Shown one piece after another: positions 1 to 9,297 of a DNA stretch of 64,000 nucleotides. The stretch comes from an uncultured Gemmatimonadales bacterium (GTDB taxonomy: Bacteria; Gemmatimonadota; Gemmatimonadetes; Palauibacterales; Palauibacteraceae). A program made the position numbers and the translations under genes. The stretch spans positions 463,675 through 527,674 of the forward strand of contig CAWANJ010000006.1 of the NCBI GenBank assembly GCA_963783385.1, in the 5' to 3' direction. Below the pieces are notes generated by a model. It ran no database searches and was not told the origin of the DNA. It saw nothing but the letters and a program-made list of their open reading frames with translations. How positions within the stretch are numbered: the stretch's first letter is position 1; each line of letters begins with the position of its first letter.

Positions 1-1109
<1,109 letters not shown>

Positions 1110-1275
1110 CAGCAGGTCAGGGCGCGGCTACGGCTCGGTTCGATGGGTGTCCTCGGCTCCGGATATCTCGCCCCGTCACGTCGGGGCTGCGGCGCGCCAA
1201 CATAACCCGGGGGCGCGAGCCGCGCACGGTCCGGGCCGCACCGACGGGAGGAGCGTCCAGGAAGCGGGTGGGCCC

Positions 1276-2088
1276 CTACAGGTCGCGCCGGCGGAGGATG
1301 AGGTAGGCAGCCACGAGGAAGGCTGCGAGCCACGCGAAGGCGAGGGCGACGACCGTCCCGGTCGGAAGGACCGCGGCCGCGGAGGGCGGCCCGCTCGGGC
1401 TGGCGTGGGCCAGGGTCGGGTAGTAGCGCGCCGGCCGGTGGAGGGCGCCGAACACGGCGCTGGGCAGGTAGCGGGGCACGACGTGCAGGATGCTGTCCAG
1501 CTTCGACAGGCCGTCGCCCACGATCTGTTCGAGGAGCAGGTACAGGAAGAACACGCCGATCGCCACGCCCGAGCGCCGCAGGGCGACGCCGATCAGGAAC
1601 GCGAGGCCGGCGTAGCCGGTCAGGTCGAGGAGCGAGCCGGCCATGAGGCGCGCGTCGTTCCAGCGAACCAGCGTCGCCGAACCGATCGACGTGTAGGGGA
1701 GCGCGAAAGCCCCTCCCACGACGACGGCCGTCACGAAGAACAGCAGCACGGTGGCCAGGAGGACCAGCGTCTTGGCGACGTAGAATTCGTCCCTGGACAG
1801 CCCCGCCACGAAATGCTGGCGAAGCGTGCCCCATCGGAACTCGTTCGTGACGGACAGGATCACGGTCACCGAGATGAAGAGCACCAGCACGGCGCTCGCC
1901 CCGGCCACGATTCGCGGCCAGCCCATGGGAAGCGACAGGGGCTGCGCATTCGGGTTCCGGGCCAGCACGTGGGCCGTCCCCCCGACGGCGATCGCGATGA
2001 GGCCCGCCAGGCCGACGAGCGCGATCCAGAACGCCCGGTCGTGACGCACCTTGATGGCCTCGTTGCGGACCAGCGTCCCGAGCCTCAC
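1276..2088 (-). CDS. ABC-2 type transporter permease
   Basis: About 6 hydrophobic segments, EFRWGTLR motif, overlaps the ATPase gene. Confidence 0.88.
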   Translation of the reverse strand: MRLGTLVRNEAIKVRHDRAFWIALVGLAGLIAIAVGGTAHVLARNPNAQPLSLPMGWPRIVAGASAVLVLFISVTVILSVTNEFRWGTLRQHFVAGLSRDEFYVAKTLVLLATVLLFFVTAVVVGGAFALPYTSIGSATLVRWNDARLMAGSLLDLTGYAGLAFLIGVALRRSGVAIGVFFLYLLLEQIVGDGLSKLDSILHVVPRYLPSAVFGALHRPARYYPTLAHASPSGPPSAAAVLPTGTVVALAFAWLAAFLVAAYLILRRRDL

Positions 2089-3032
2089 GGGGCTTCCTCC
2101 CCGGCCGCGTCTCCGGCCTGGCCGTCCCCAACCTCCTCCGCGGAGCGCGTGAGGCCGATGAAGGCCTCCTCCAGCGTGGAGCGATGCGGGGTCAGCACGG
2201 AGACGTAGATGCCGCGACCGGCCAGGTAGCGGTTCAGCGCGCCGGGATCGTCGCTCCTGAGCCGCACGATCACTCCGTCTCCCCGGACCTCGGCCGACTC
2301 CGCGTCCGGGTACTCCAGGGCGGCGGCCCGCAGCGCCTCGGAATCGCCCGCGACGATCCGCACGGCGACGCCGGAGGCGAGGAGGTCGTCCATGGCGGCC
2401 TGCCGCACGATGCGGCCGTGCCGGACGATGGCCGCGTGCGTGCAGCTGCGCTCGACCTCATGGAGCAGGTGACTGGAGAGGAAGATGGTCTTGCCTCCCG
2501 CCGCCAGCGACGCGAGCAGGTCGCGGACCTCCTGCATCCCCTCCGGATCGAGGCCGTTCATGGGCTCGTCCAGGACGACGAGCTCCGGGTCCCCGAGCAG
2601 GGCGGCGGCGATGGCCAGGCGTTGCTTCATGCCCAGCGAGTAGGCGCCGAACCGGTCCCGCCGCCGCTCGAACAGGCCGACGTTCCGGAGCGCCCGCTCG
2701 ATGGCCGGCCCCTCGACGCCCCGGAGGTTGGCGACGATGCGCAGGTTGTCGTGGCCGCTCAGGAAGGGATAGAAGCTGGGGATGTCGAGCGTGGCGCCGA
2801 TGCGCTGACGGGCGGCGTGCAGTCCGCGCCGACCCGTGAGCCCGAACATGCTCAGCTCGCCGGCGCTCGGCCTGATGAGCCCGAGCAGCATGGCGATCGT
2901 GGTGGTCTTGCCGCTGCCGTTCGGGCCCAGGAACCCGAACACCTGCCCCACCTCGACCTCGAGGCTGAGGTCGTCCACGGCGACCGTCTTGCCGAACCGC
3001 TTGGTCAGACCGCGCGTGGCGATGACGGGCAT
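2085..3032 (-). CDS. ABC transporter ATP-binding protein (BcrA-like)
   Basis: Walker A GPNGSGKT, signature YSLGMKQR, Walker B VVLDEP, SSH; start set at MPVIATRGL. Confidence 0.95.
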   Translation of the reverse strand: MPVIATRGLTKRFGKTVAVDDLSLEVEVGQVFGFLGPNGSGKTTTIAMLLGLIRPSAGELSMFGLTGRRGLHAARQRIGATLDIPSFYPFLSGHDNLRIVANLRGVEGPAIERALRNVGLFERRRDRFGAYSLGMKQRLAIAAALLGDPELVVLDEPMNGLDPEGMQEVRDLLASLAAGGKTIFLSSHLLHEVERSCTHAAIVRHGRIVRQAAMDDLLASGVAVRIVAGDSEALRAAALEYPDAESAEVRGDGVIVRLRSDDPGALNRYLAGRGIYVSVLTPHRSTLEEAFIGLTRSAEEVGDGQAGDAAGEEAP

Positions 3033-3196
3033 GGGGGCTCCGGGTGGGGGGCCGGCTCCGGGTTCGAACCGGCCCGAATCTACGCCGGGCGAACCCTCAC
3101 CGCACGCCGTCTTCGAGATCCATTCTCGCTCTCGATCACGGGCGATGGCCGGACCCCAGTCCGGGTGAGTCGCCGTGCTCCGGCTCCGTCGCCCGA

Positions 3197-3850
3197 CTAC
3201 CGGTACCAGCCCCCGATGGGCCACGCCACGGCGTCGCGCTGAAGCGCCGGATCGGCCGGCATCGCGAGGAGGAAGAAGGCGTCACGCTCGCGCCAGTCGG
3301 CAGGCTTGTCCGGAAACACCCCGTCGATGATGAACCGGCCTGGATCGTCGACGCCGATAGTGGCCGAGATGGCCCGGGCGGCCGGAAGGATGTCGTCCGG
3401 TCCGGCGAGGGCCTTCGCTCCGAAGAAGCTCGGAGGCGGTAGCAGACCCTTCCCGGACAGGTAGAGAGCCCCGGTCCCCTCCGTCCGGGTGGCGAAGACC
3501 GAGGACCGAAAGCGTCCGAGCACCTTCCCCGCCCGCAGTCGGAAGACGTAGAGGACGACCCGTACGGGCCGCCTGCACTCGCACCGCAGCACGAGCGCCC
3601 CATCCAGGAGTTCGTGGAGGGGGATCCCGCGGGCTCCGCTCTTCGCGAGCAGCATGTCCGCGCGCCGCGGGTCGAGCTCCATGCGGGTCACGACGGGCGG
3701 CGAAGGATCGGACCGGACCACACCGGCCCGGACCCGCGTGGGCGCGGGTGCCTCCCCTGTCCCTGTGCCGGGAGGCGCGGGAGGGGACACGGCGAGCGAC
3801 AGCGCCGCGATCAGCGGCGACAGGGCCGTGACCAGAAGCGCTCGTCCCAT
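3197..3850 (-). CDS. Secreted hypothetical protein; paralog of the C-terminal domain of the OmpA-family protein at 7154-9154
   Basis: Signal peptide MGRALLVTALSPLIAALSLA, Pro-rich linker, start overlaps upstream stop; motif similarity by eye. Confidence 0.7.
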   Translation of the reverse strand: MGRALLVTALSPLIAALSLAVSPPAPPGTGTGEAPAPTRVRAGVVRSDPSPPVVTRMELDPRRADMLLAKSGARGIPLHELLDGALVLRCECRRPVRVVLYVFRLRAGKVLGRFRSSVFATRTEGTGALYLSGKGLLPPPSFFGAKALAGPDDILPAARAISATIGVDDPGRFIIDGVFPDKPADWRERDAFFLLAMPADPALQRDAVAWPIGGWYR

Positions 3851-5139
3851 CACGACGCCCCTCCCTCCTGAGCCTTCTCGAGCTGCTTCATCCACTCGGG
3901 CTCAGGCGGGCCGGCGTTCACCTTCATGTCGTGCACGACGGTCTCGACCGTGAACGCGCCGGAGCTCATGGCGGAGCCGAGCGCCGCCTGGCCCTTCTCG
4001 AAGTCGGCTTTCCCATCGTGGGTCTCCATGGCCTGCTGCGACTGGCGCAGCATGGCCATCTGCTGACGGATCATCGGCTCCACCCGGGCCCGCTGCTCCG
4101 GGGGCATCTTGTCGAGCTGCTCCTGGAGCTGCTTCATCTGCTTCTCGAAGGCCTCGGACTGGGCGCTCCTCTGGGCCTGCGTAGGCTGACGACCGGCAGC
4201 CTCCTCGCCCTGCTGCCGGGCGGCGTCGATCTCGTGGCCGTGGGCGGCTTGGATCTGCTCCATGAGGCCTCCCACCTCGATCACGGTGTGGAACGGCCGG
4301 AGCATGCCATCCACCTCGCGGTAGTCGCCATAGCGGACCACCATGCGGATCTCGTGGTCTCCGTCGGAGTGGACGACCCCCGCGAACTCGTCCCGCAGGC
4401 TCACGTGGCGGTCGGTGTCGATGAGGAGCCTGGCCGAGGTGGGCGTGAAGTCTTCCATGCCTCCCTCGCCATTCGTGAGGTCGAGTCCCTCGAAGTCGCG
4501 GATCTCCAGGACCCAGGCCCGGTGGCCGTCCACCTCCTCCGTGCCGGTGACCGTGGCGCGCGCGGCCATGGCCCGCATGAGCTCCGGATCCGGGGTGGCC
4601 AGGGTCTGGCTGCTCTCGGCGAGCTGGCTCCCCAGCTTCCCCATTCCGCCCTGCAGGAGCTTTCCCTGGAGGCCGGCGGCCGGATTTCCCATCCCCCCCA
4701 TGCCGCCCTGGCCCCCTCCCCCGCCGCGGCTGGTGGCGGGGTTCCGGGAGGGGTCGATGCCCCTCTCCTGCATGAGCCGCCGGATGTACTCGGACTCCGG
4801 CACGGATACGAAGGCCTTGCGGCCGTCGACCGTGCGGTTCTCGTAGTAGAGCTTGGAGCGGGCGCCGTTCTGCTCCTCGTCGACCCAGTAGTTCCGGACG
4901 TGGTCGAGCTCGGCCTCCTGGCGCCGGATCATCGCCTCGACGATCTCGGACGCCGAAGGCGTCTGGGCGGCGGCCGGAGCGGGGCCCAGGACCGTCGACG
5001 CGAAGAGGCCGAAGACGCCCAGGAAGAGGGCGCGGGCCGGGAGTCGGGCCGAGAGACGACGCCGGCCGTCCGCAGCAGGGATCGAGTGTCGCAGCGGCAG
5101 CGGTTCGCGTGCTTTCGGGAAGGCCATTGAGTCCCCCAC
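3850..5139 (-). CDS. Secreted hypothetical protein, LolA-like/lipoprotein-sorting-like fold with Gln/Met-rich helical insert
   Basis: Signal peptide ending AAAQ; GTEEVDGHRAWVLE and YGDYREVDG segments; start uncertain (5139 or 5127). Confidence 0.65.
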   Translation of the reverse strand: MGDSMAFPKAREPLPLRHSIPAADGRRRLSARLPARALFLGVFGLFASTVLGPAPAAAQTPSASEIVEAMIRRQEAELDHVRNYWVDEEQNGARSKLYYENRTVDGRKAFVSVPESEYIRRLMQERGIDPSRNPATSRGGGGGQGGMGGMGNPAAGLQGKLLQGGMGKLGSQLAESSQTLATPDPELMRAMAARATVTGTEEVDGHRAWVLEIRDFEGLDLTNGEGGMEDFTPTSARLLIDTDRHVSLRDEFAGVVHSDGDHEIRMVVRYGDYREVDGMLRPFHTVIEVGGLMEQIQAAHGHEIDAARQQGEEAAGRQPTQAQRSAQSEAFEKQMKQLQEQLDKMPPEQRARVEPMIRQQMAMLRQSQQAMETHDGKADFEKGQAALGSAMSSGAFTVETVVHDMKVNAGPPEPEWMKQLEKAQEGGAS

Positions 5140-5592
5140 TCAGAAGTACTGGTTGAGGTCGCTGAGGTCCATCGGTTTGGCCCTCTCGACGGTCCACCGG
5201 TACTCATCCGGGTAGTAGAAGTGACTGGTCGACAGAAGGCGGCGATGGGAGTCGAACTTCTTCACGATGAATCGATACTGGCGCCTGACGCTGCAACTCG
5301 CGGTCAGGTTGTACGTCCAGGACTTCGTCTGCCCCGGCTGGATCCATACGGACAGTCCAAGCTTCTTCCACCAGCCACCGTGGATTCGCACCTGGCTGTC
5401 GCGGGAGATGGCGACCTGGCGCGAACCGCCGTCATGAACTCTAAACGTCACGACACAGCCCATGTCGGCCGTGGGCCGCGTGGAAACCTCGAACTGCACG
5501 TCGGGGGCGGCCCGGATCGGGCTGGGACCGCCGCCGCCCGGGAGCGGCAGCGCCAGGGCGGTGAGCGCCAGGGTGCTCGTCCATCGGATCAT
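5140..5592 (-). CDS. Small secreted beta-rich hypothetical protein (150 aa)
   Basis: AAGGAGG RBS before ATG 5592, signal peptide MIRWTSTLALTALALP, two Cys; the ORF track fuses it to the upstream gene only because of a frameshift. Confidence 0.72.
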   Translation of the reverse strand: MIRWTSTLALTALALPLPGGGGPSPIRAAPDVQFEVSTRPTADMGCVVTFRVHDGGSRQVAISRDSQVRIHGGWWKKLGLSVWIQPGQTKSWTYNLTASCSVRRQYRFIVKKFDSHRRLLSTSHFYYPDEYRWTVERAKPMDLSDLNQYF

Positions 5593-5648
5593 CACATCCT
5601 CCTTCGGTGCCTGAGGAACGGGTCGGACTTGCTCGAGCCGCGTAGCGC

Positions 5649-7035
5649 TCAGGAGCCCTTCGGAACGGCCTCGAACGTCACGTCGAAGCGCAGGTCTTCG
5701 ATGACCCGGCGGTGGTTTTCGGGACGGAGCTCGAGGCTCCACCCGGTGCCGGCGAGCTTGCCGCGAAGCGCCCCGCCGCCGGCCGCCCGGAGCTCCAGCG
5801 TCCCGCTCTCGAGGACGGCGACGCGGTGGACGGCTCCGTGCGCGGGGTCGACGACCAGATAGAGGACGGTCGCCGGGGCCGGGATCGGTCGATCCGGGCG
5901 CCGCGCTCGGCGGAACGGCTTCGATGGGCAAGGTGCCGCCGCTCGAGGCATCGGCCGGCAGGCCGACCACCAGGCACTCGGTCACCTTGCCGATGCTCCC
6001 CATGACGAGGCGCTTGCGGCCGTCCTCCCCGGGGCCGGCCGGGGCGAAGGCGCTCCCGGACGCGGTCATCGACATCGGCCCCGAGGTCTTCAGCTCGAAC
6101 GAGCCGCCCTCGCCGTCGAGTCCCTGCGTGCAGGCCCGCTCGGACCCGTACAGGCCCTGCTGCACCAGCTCGGAGCGTCGCTCCGAGAGACGGGGAAGCC
6201 CTTGGTATGCCTCCGCCGAGGGCGCCGAGCCGTCGGACGCGATCGAGTCCACGGTGATCGTCCGGGTCAGGTAGCCCCCGCCGTAGGGTGCGCTCGCGGC
6301 CGCGCCTCCGGTGACCACCAGGGAGTCCCACACCTCGGCCCGGAGCAGGAGACCGAGCTTCTCCAACCGGGGGCCCAGAGCGAGCGCCACGCGGCTGGTC
6401 ACCCCGGGCATCCACTCCGAGAGTGGCACGGCCTCGGGACTCTCGCGGGGCGTGGCCGCCACCGGCAGCCATGAGAAAGGCAGGTCGCCGGCGAAGTACA
6501 GGTCGGAGCGGCCGGTCGCGCGGAAGGGGACCGCCGCGCCGGACCCGTCCTCGCTCCTCCACCAGCTCTCCACCTGCACCACCGCGTGGCGGGTGGCGTG
6601 ACCCTCGATGGACGGGCCGGCGCCGGCGTCGGCGAGGTCGAAGCGGAGCGAGTCGAGGATGGCCTGGCCGGAGTCGGCGACGGGCGACCAGGTCCGGTAG
6701 CCGGCGGCGTTGTCGGGGGCGACTCGCCAGGCCTCCGCCAGGTAGGCGGGCCGACCCGCGAACGACACGGCCGTGGCCGGAGCGCCGCCCACGGCGGCCC
6801 CGTCGAGCAGCTGCGTCTCCCCGGTCGCCGTGCGCATCGCTCCCAGCTCGGGGCCTGTCACGCCCCACCACGTCTCCCGGCCGCCGCCCTGCTCGAGGTG
6901 CATCCGGTAGGCGAGGGCGCTCGCCTGCGAGGCGGGCGCCCGGGAGCAGGCCGTTCCGGCCCCCGTGAGGAGGATCGCCGCGGCCAGGACGCGGGCGACG
7001 GGGAGGCCGCGGTCCGCGAGCTTTCGCATTGTCAT
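5649..7035 (-). CDS. Hypothetical lipoprotein (frameshift near 5880)
   Basis: Lipobox-like GTAC; protein-like sequence continues in the 5649..5951 frame (TVLYLVVD...FDVTFEAVPKGS). Confidence 0.62.
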
Positions 7036-7153
7036 CTCAGCGGCTCCCGTTCAGGATGAAGGCGACCGGGAGAGGGAGCCCCGCGCGGAGCCGATCGCGC
7101 GCCGCGCCAGTCCCACGCGCCGGTTCTGCGGGCCACCTTCCGCACCGCCCACC

Positions 7154-9154
7154 TCACCGGCCTCCGTTCATGATGAAGGCCACCGGCAGAACGCGGCTGT
7201 GGGCGGCCTCCTCCTGGTTAACCGGGGTTACGACCAGGTACAGGACCGATTGCCGCCTCCAATCCACCTTGGCCCGGCCGAAGACGACACCCGTCGAGGC
7301 GATCGCGTGAGCGTCCGCCAAGTACCGGTCCCCCGGGACAAACTGGTCTCCCGGGACGAACTGGTCCCCCGGGATAAACTGGTCTCCCGGGACGAACTGG
7401 TCCCCCGGGACAAACTGGTCTCCCGGGACGCGGCTCGACCCCGGACGCAACGGAAACCACTTGGACGGCCACGCCTCGTGCATCCGCCCCCCGGTGATGA
7501 CGATGGCCACCACTCGAGCCCTGGTCTCGCGCTCCCCGGAGAGATCGATGACGAGGCCCTTCGCCAGGGTCTCGTGGACATCCAGGGCCCGCTCCCCGGA
7601 CGCGATCGCGTCTCGAGCGGTGGCGGTAAGACCAAGCCGGATCGTGGGCCACGGCGCCGAAGTGGGTCGACGCGGGCTCGAGAGAGGGTCGTACCGACCG
7701 GCACGGTCCGTCGGACCCGGTACCGGCATGGAGGTTGGGGCGGGGACCATCCGCGGTGGCGACTCGTGCGGAGCTCCCGCCGCCGTGTCCTCCGCGGCGG
7801 CCGAACCCGGGGCCTTCCCTCCCTGCCCCTCAAGCCGCACGAGCTCCACGCGCCGATTCTGCTGCCGGCCTTCCGGCGTGCCGTTGTCGGCCACGGGCTT
7901 CGTCTCGCCGAAGCCGGCGGTCTCTAGGCGGGAGGGGTCGATCTCGTCCTGCTCGGTGAGGTAGTCCCGCACCGCCCCGGCGCGGCGCTCGGAGAGGTCC
8001 TGGTTGTAGGCCTCGTCCCCCGTGCTGTCGGTGTGCCCTTCGATCGACAGTCGGAGGTCCGGGTGGTCGCGCAGCATGGCCGCGATCTCTTCGAGCGTCG
8101 GCGTCGACTCCGGCCGGATCCGAGCGCTGTTCACGGCGAACAGGATCCCGTGCGTCGCCACCCGGCCCTTCTCGGCGAGGACGTCGTAGAGGTCCCTCCC
8201 CCCGGCGGCGACGCGGATGGGCCCCAGGTACATGGGGTTCTTGTCGTCGGCGAAGTAGACGTTCTCCAGGTACAGCGAATTGCCCCGATGTAGCTCGGCG
8301 TTGGGCACGTTGGCGACGCGCTGCGAGCCGACGTAGACCTTGGCGTAGCGGTCGTCGACCATGATGCGGACGGGGACGATCTTCTGGCCCACGTCCGGGG
8401 TTTCGTTCAGGGACTGGACGCCTCCCTTGTCGTTCGACAGCACGCCGGTGCCCTGCACCACGGCCACCTGGAAGACGTTGCCCGGCAAGCGGTCGAACCG
8501 CTCGCCCGGCGAGGGAGGCGAGGGCGTGACGACCAGCCGCTGGTTCTCGTGCGTGAAGTAGGCGTCGAACTCGATCGTGAAACGGGCCGGAAGCGTGTCG
8601 CCGAGCGGCACCTCGATCGCCGATCCGCGGGGGCCCGTGTTCCTGAGGAGACGGCGGCCGCGCCACTCGACCAGCTCCCAGTTTCCCTTCCGGAAGGTCA
8701 GCCTTCGCGGAAAGTCGCCGACCTGGTCGTCGCTGTAGTCGTCGTAGAAGAGGACGTGGTCCCCGGGGACGAAGTCGTAGTTGGCCCACACGCCCGTGTT
8801 CGGAGCCGCGGTCTCGTCCCCGATGGCCGCGTCGGCGGCCTGGTCCGCTTCGGTGATCGGCTTGCCTTCGTCGTCGGTGAGGACGTTGCCCTGGTCGTCC
8901 GTGTAGACGACGTCCTGCCCGCTGTCCTCGGCCTGCTGGACACAGACCGGATCGTCGAACACGCACTTCACGGCGTTGCTGATGAGACGGTTGATCTGGT
9001 TCTCCGTCTCGTTCTCGAGCGCGTTCTTGGCGGCCCGCTTGAGGCGCTTGAAGATCTGGGCGTGCCCCGGCGCCGGAAGGGCGACCAGCGCCACGGCGCC
9101 GAGGAGCAGGGCGCGCGTGGCGAAGCGGGTGCGGGAGCGGGTCGGGCCTCGCAT
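7154..9154 (-). CDS. OmpA-family peptidoglycan-binding protein with extra C-terminal domain containing PGDQF repeats
   Basis: AGGAGG RBS, signal peptide ending GHA-Q; OmpA-like motifs IEGHTDSTG, YNQDLSERRA, NRRVE. Confidence 0.88.
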   Translation of the reverse strand: MRGPTRSRTRFATRALLLGAVALVALPAPGHAQIFKRLKRAAKNALENETENQINRLISNAVKCVFDDPVCVQQAEDSGQDVVYTDDQGNVLTDDEGKPITEADQAADAAIGDETAAPNTGVWANYDFVPGDHVLFYDDYSDDQVGDFPRRLTFRKGNWELVEWRGRRLLRNTGPRGSAIEVPLGDTLPARFTIEFDAYFTHENQRLVVTPSPPSPGERFDRLPGNVFQVAVVQGTGVLSNDKGGVQSLNETPDVGQKIVPVRIMVDDRYAKVYVGSQRVANVPNAELHRGNSLYLENVYFADDKNPMYLGPIRVAAGGRDLYDVLAEKGRVATHGILFAVNSARIRPESTPTLEEIAAMLRDHPDLRLSIEGHTDSTGDEAYNQDLSERRAGAVRDYLTEQDEIDPSRLETAGFGETKPVADNGTPEGRQQNRRVELVRLEGQGGKAPGSAAAEDTAAGAPHESPPRMVPAPTSMPVPGPTDRAGRYDPLSSPRRPTSAPWPTIRLGLTATARDAIASGERALDVHETLAKGLVIDLSGERETRARVVAIVITGGRMHEAWPSKWFPLRPGSSRVPGDQFVPGDQFVPGDQFIPGDQFVPGDQFVPGDRYLADAHAIASTGVVFGRAKVDWRRQSVLYLVVTPVNQEEAAHSRVLPVAFIMNGGR
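7322..7429 (-). repeat. Six tandem 18-bp coding repeats, (V/I)PGDQF x5 + VPGDRY, with a 36-bp higher-order period
   Basis: Units alternate GTCCCGGGAGACCAGTTT and (G/A)TCCCGGGGGACCAGTTC on the minus strand. Confidence 0.95.
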
Positions 9155-9229
9155 GGGATCCTCCTGCAGGGGACGGCTCGGCCGCGGCACGAGGGACGGG
9201 ACGAATCTCCCGTCCGCCCGCCCGGCCGA

Positions 9230-9263
9230 TCCCTAGAGCGGAAAACGGAGATCGGAGCCGCCA
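9230..9263 (-). promoter_or_regulatory. Putative ECF-sigma promoter TGGCGGCTCC-N13-CGCT-N3-GGGA (copy 1)
   Basis: tggcggctccgatctccgttttccgctctaggga about 76 bp upstream of the OmpA gene; same spacing as the copy at 13662-13695. Confidence 0.6.
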
Positions 9264-9297
9264 CGGCGCGGTCGGGGAGCGCCGCGCGGCCGTCGGC

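Noticed and set aside
5140-7035. 631-aa single ORF
   Set aside because: Two genes joined by a frameshift; the second has its own RBS and signal peptide at 5592.
7154-7156. Selenocysteine recoding of the OmpA TGA
   Set aside because: No redox motif context and no convincing SECIS hairpin; a duplication relic explains the open frame better.
7322-7429. CRISPR-like array
   Set aside because: Contiguous 18-bp in-frame coding repeats with no spacers and no cas genes.
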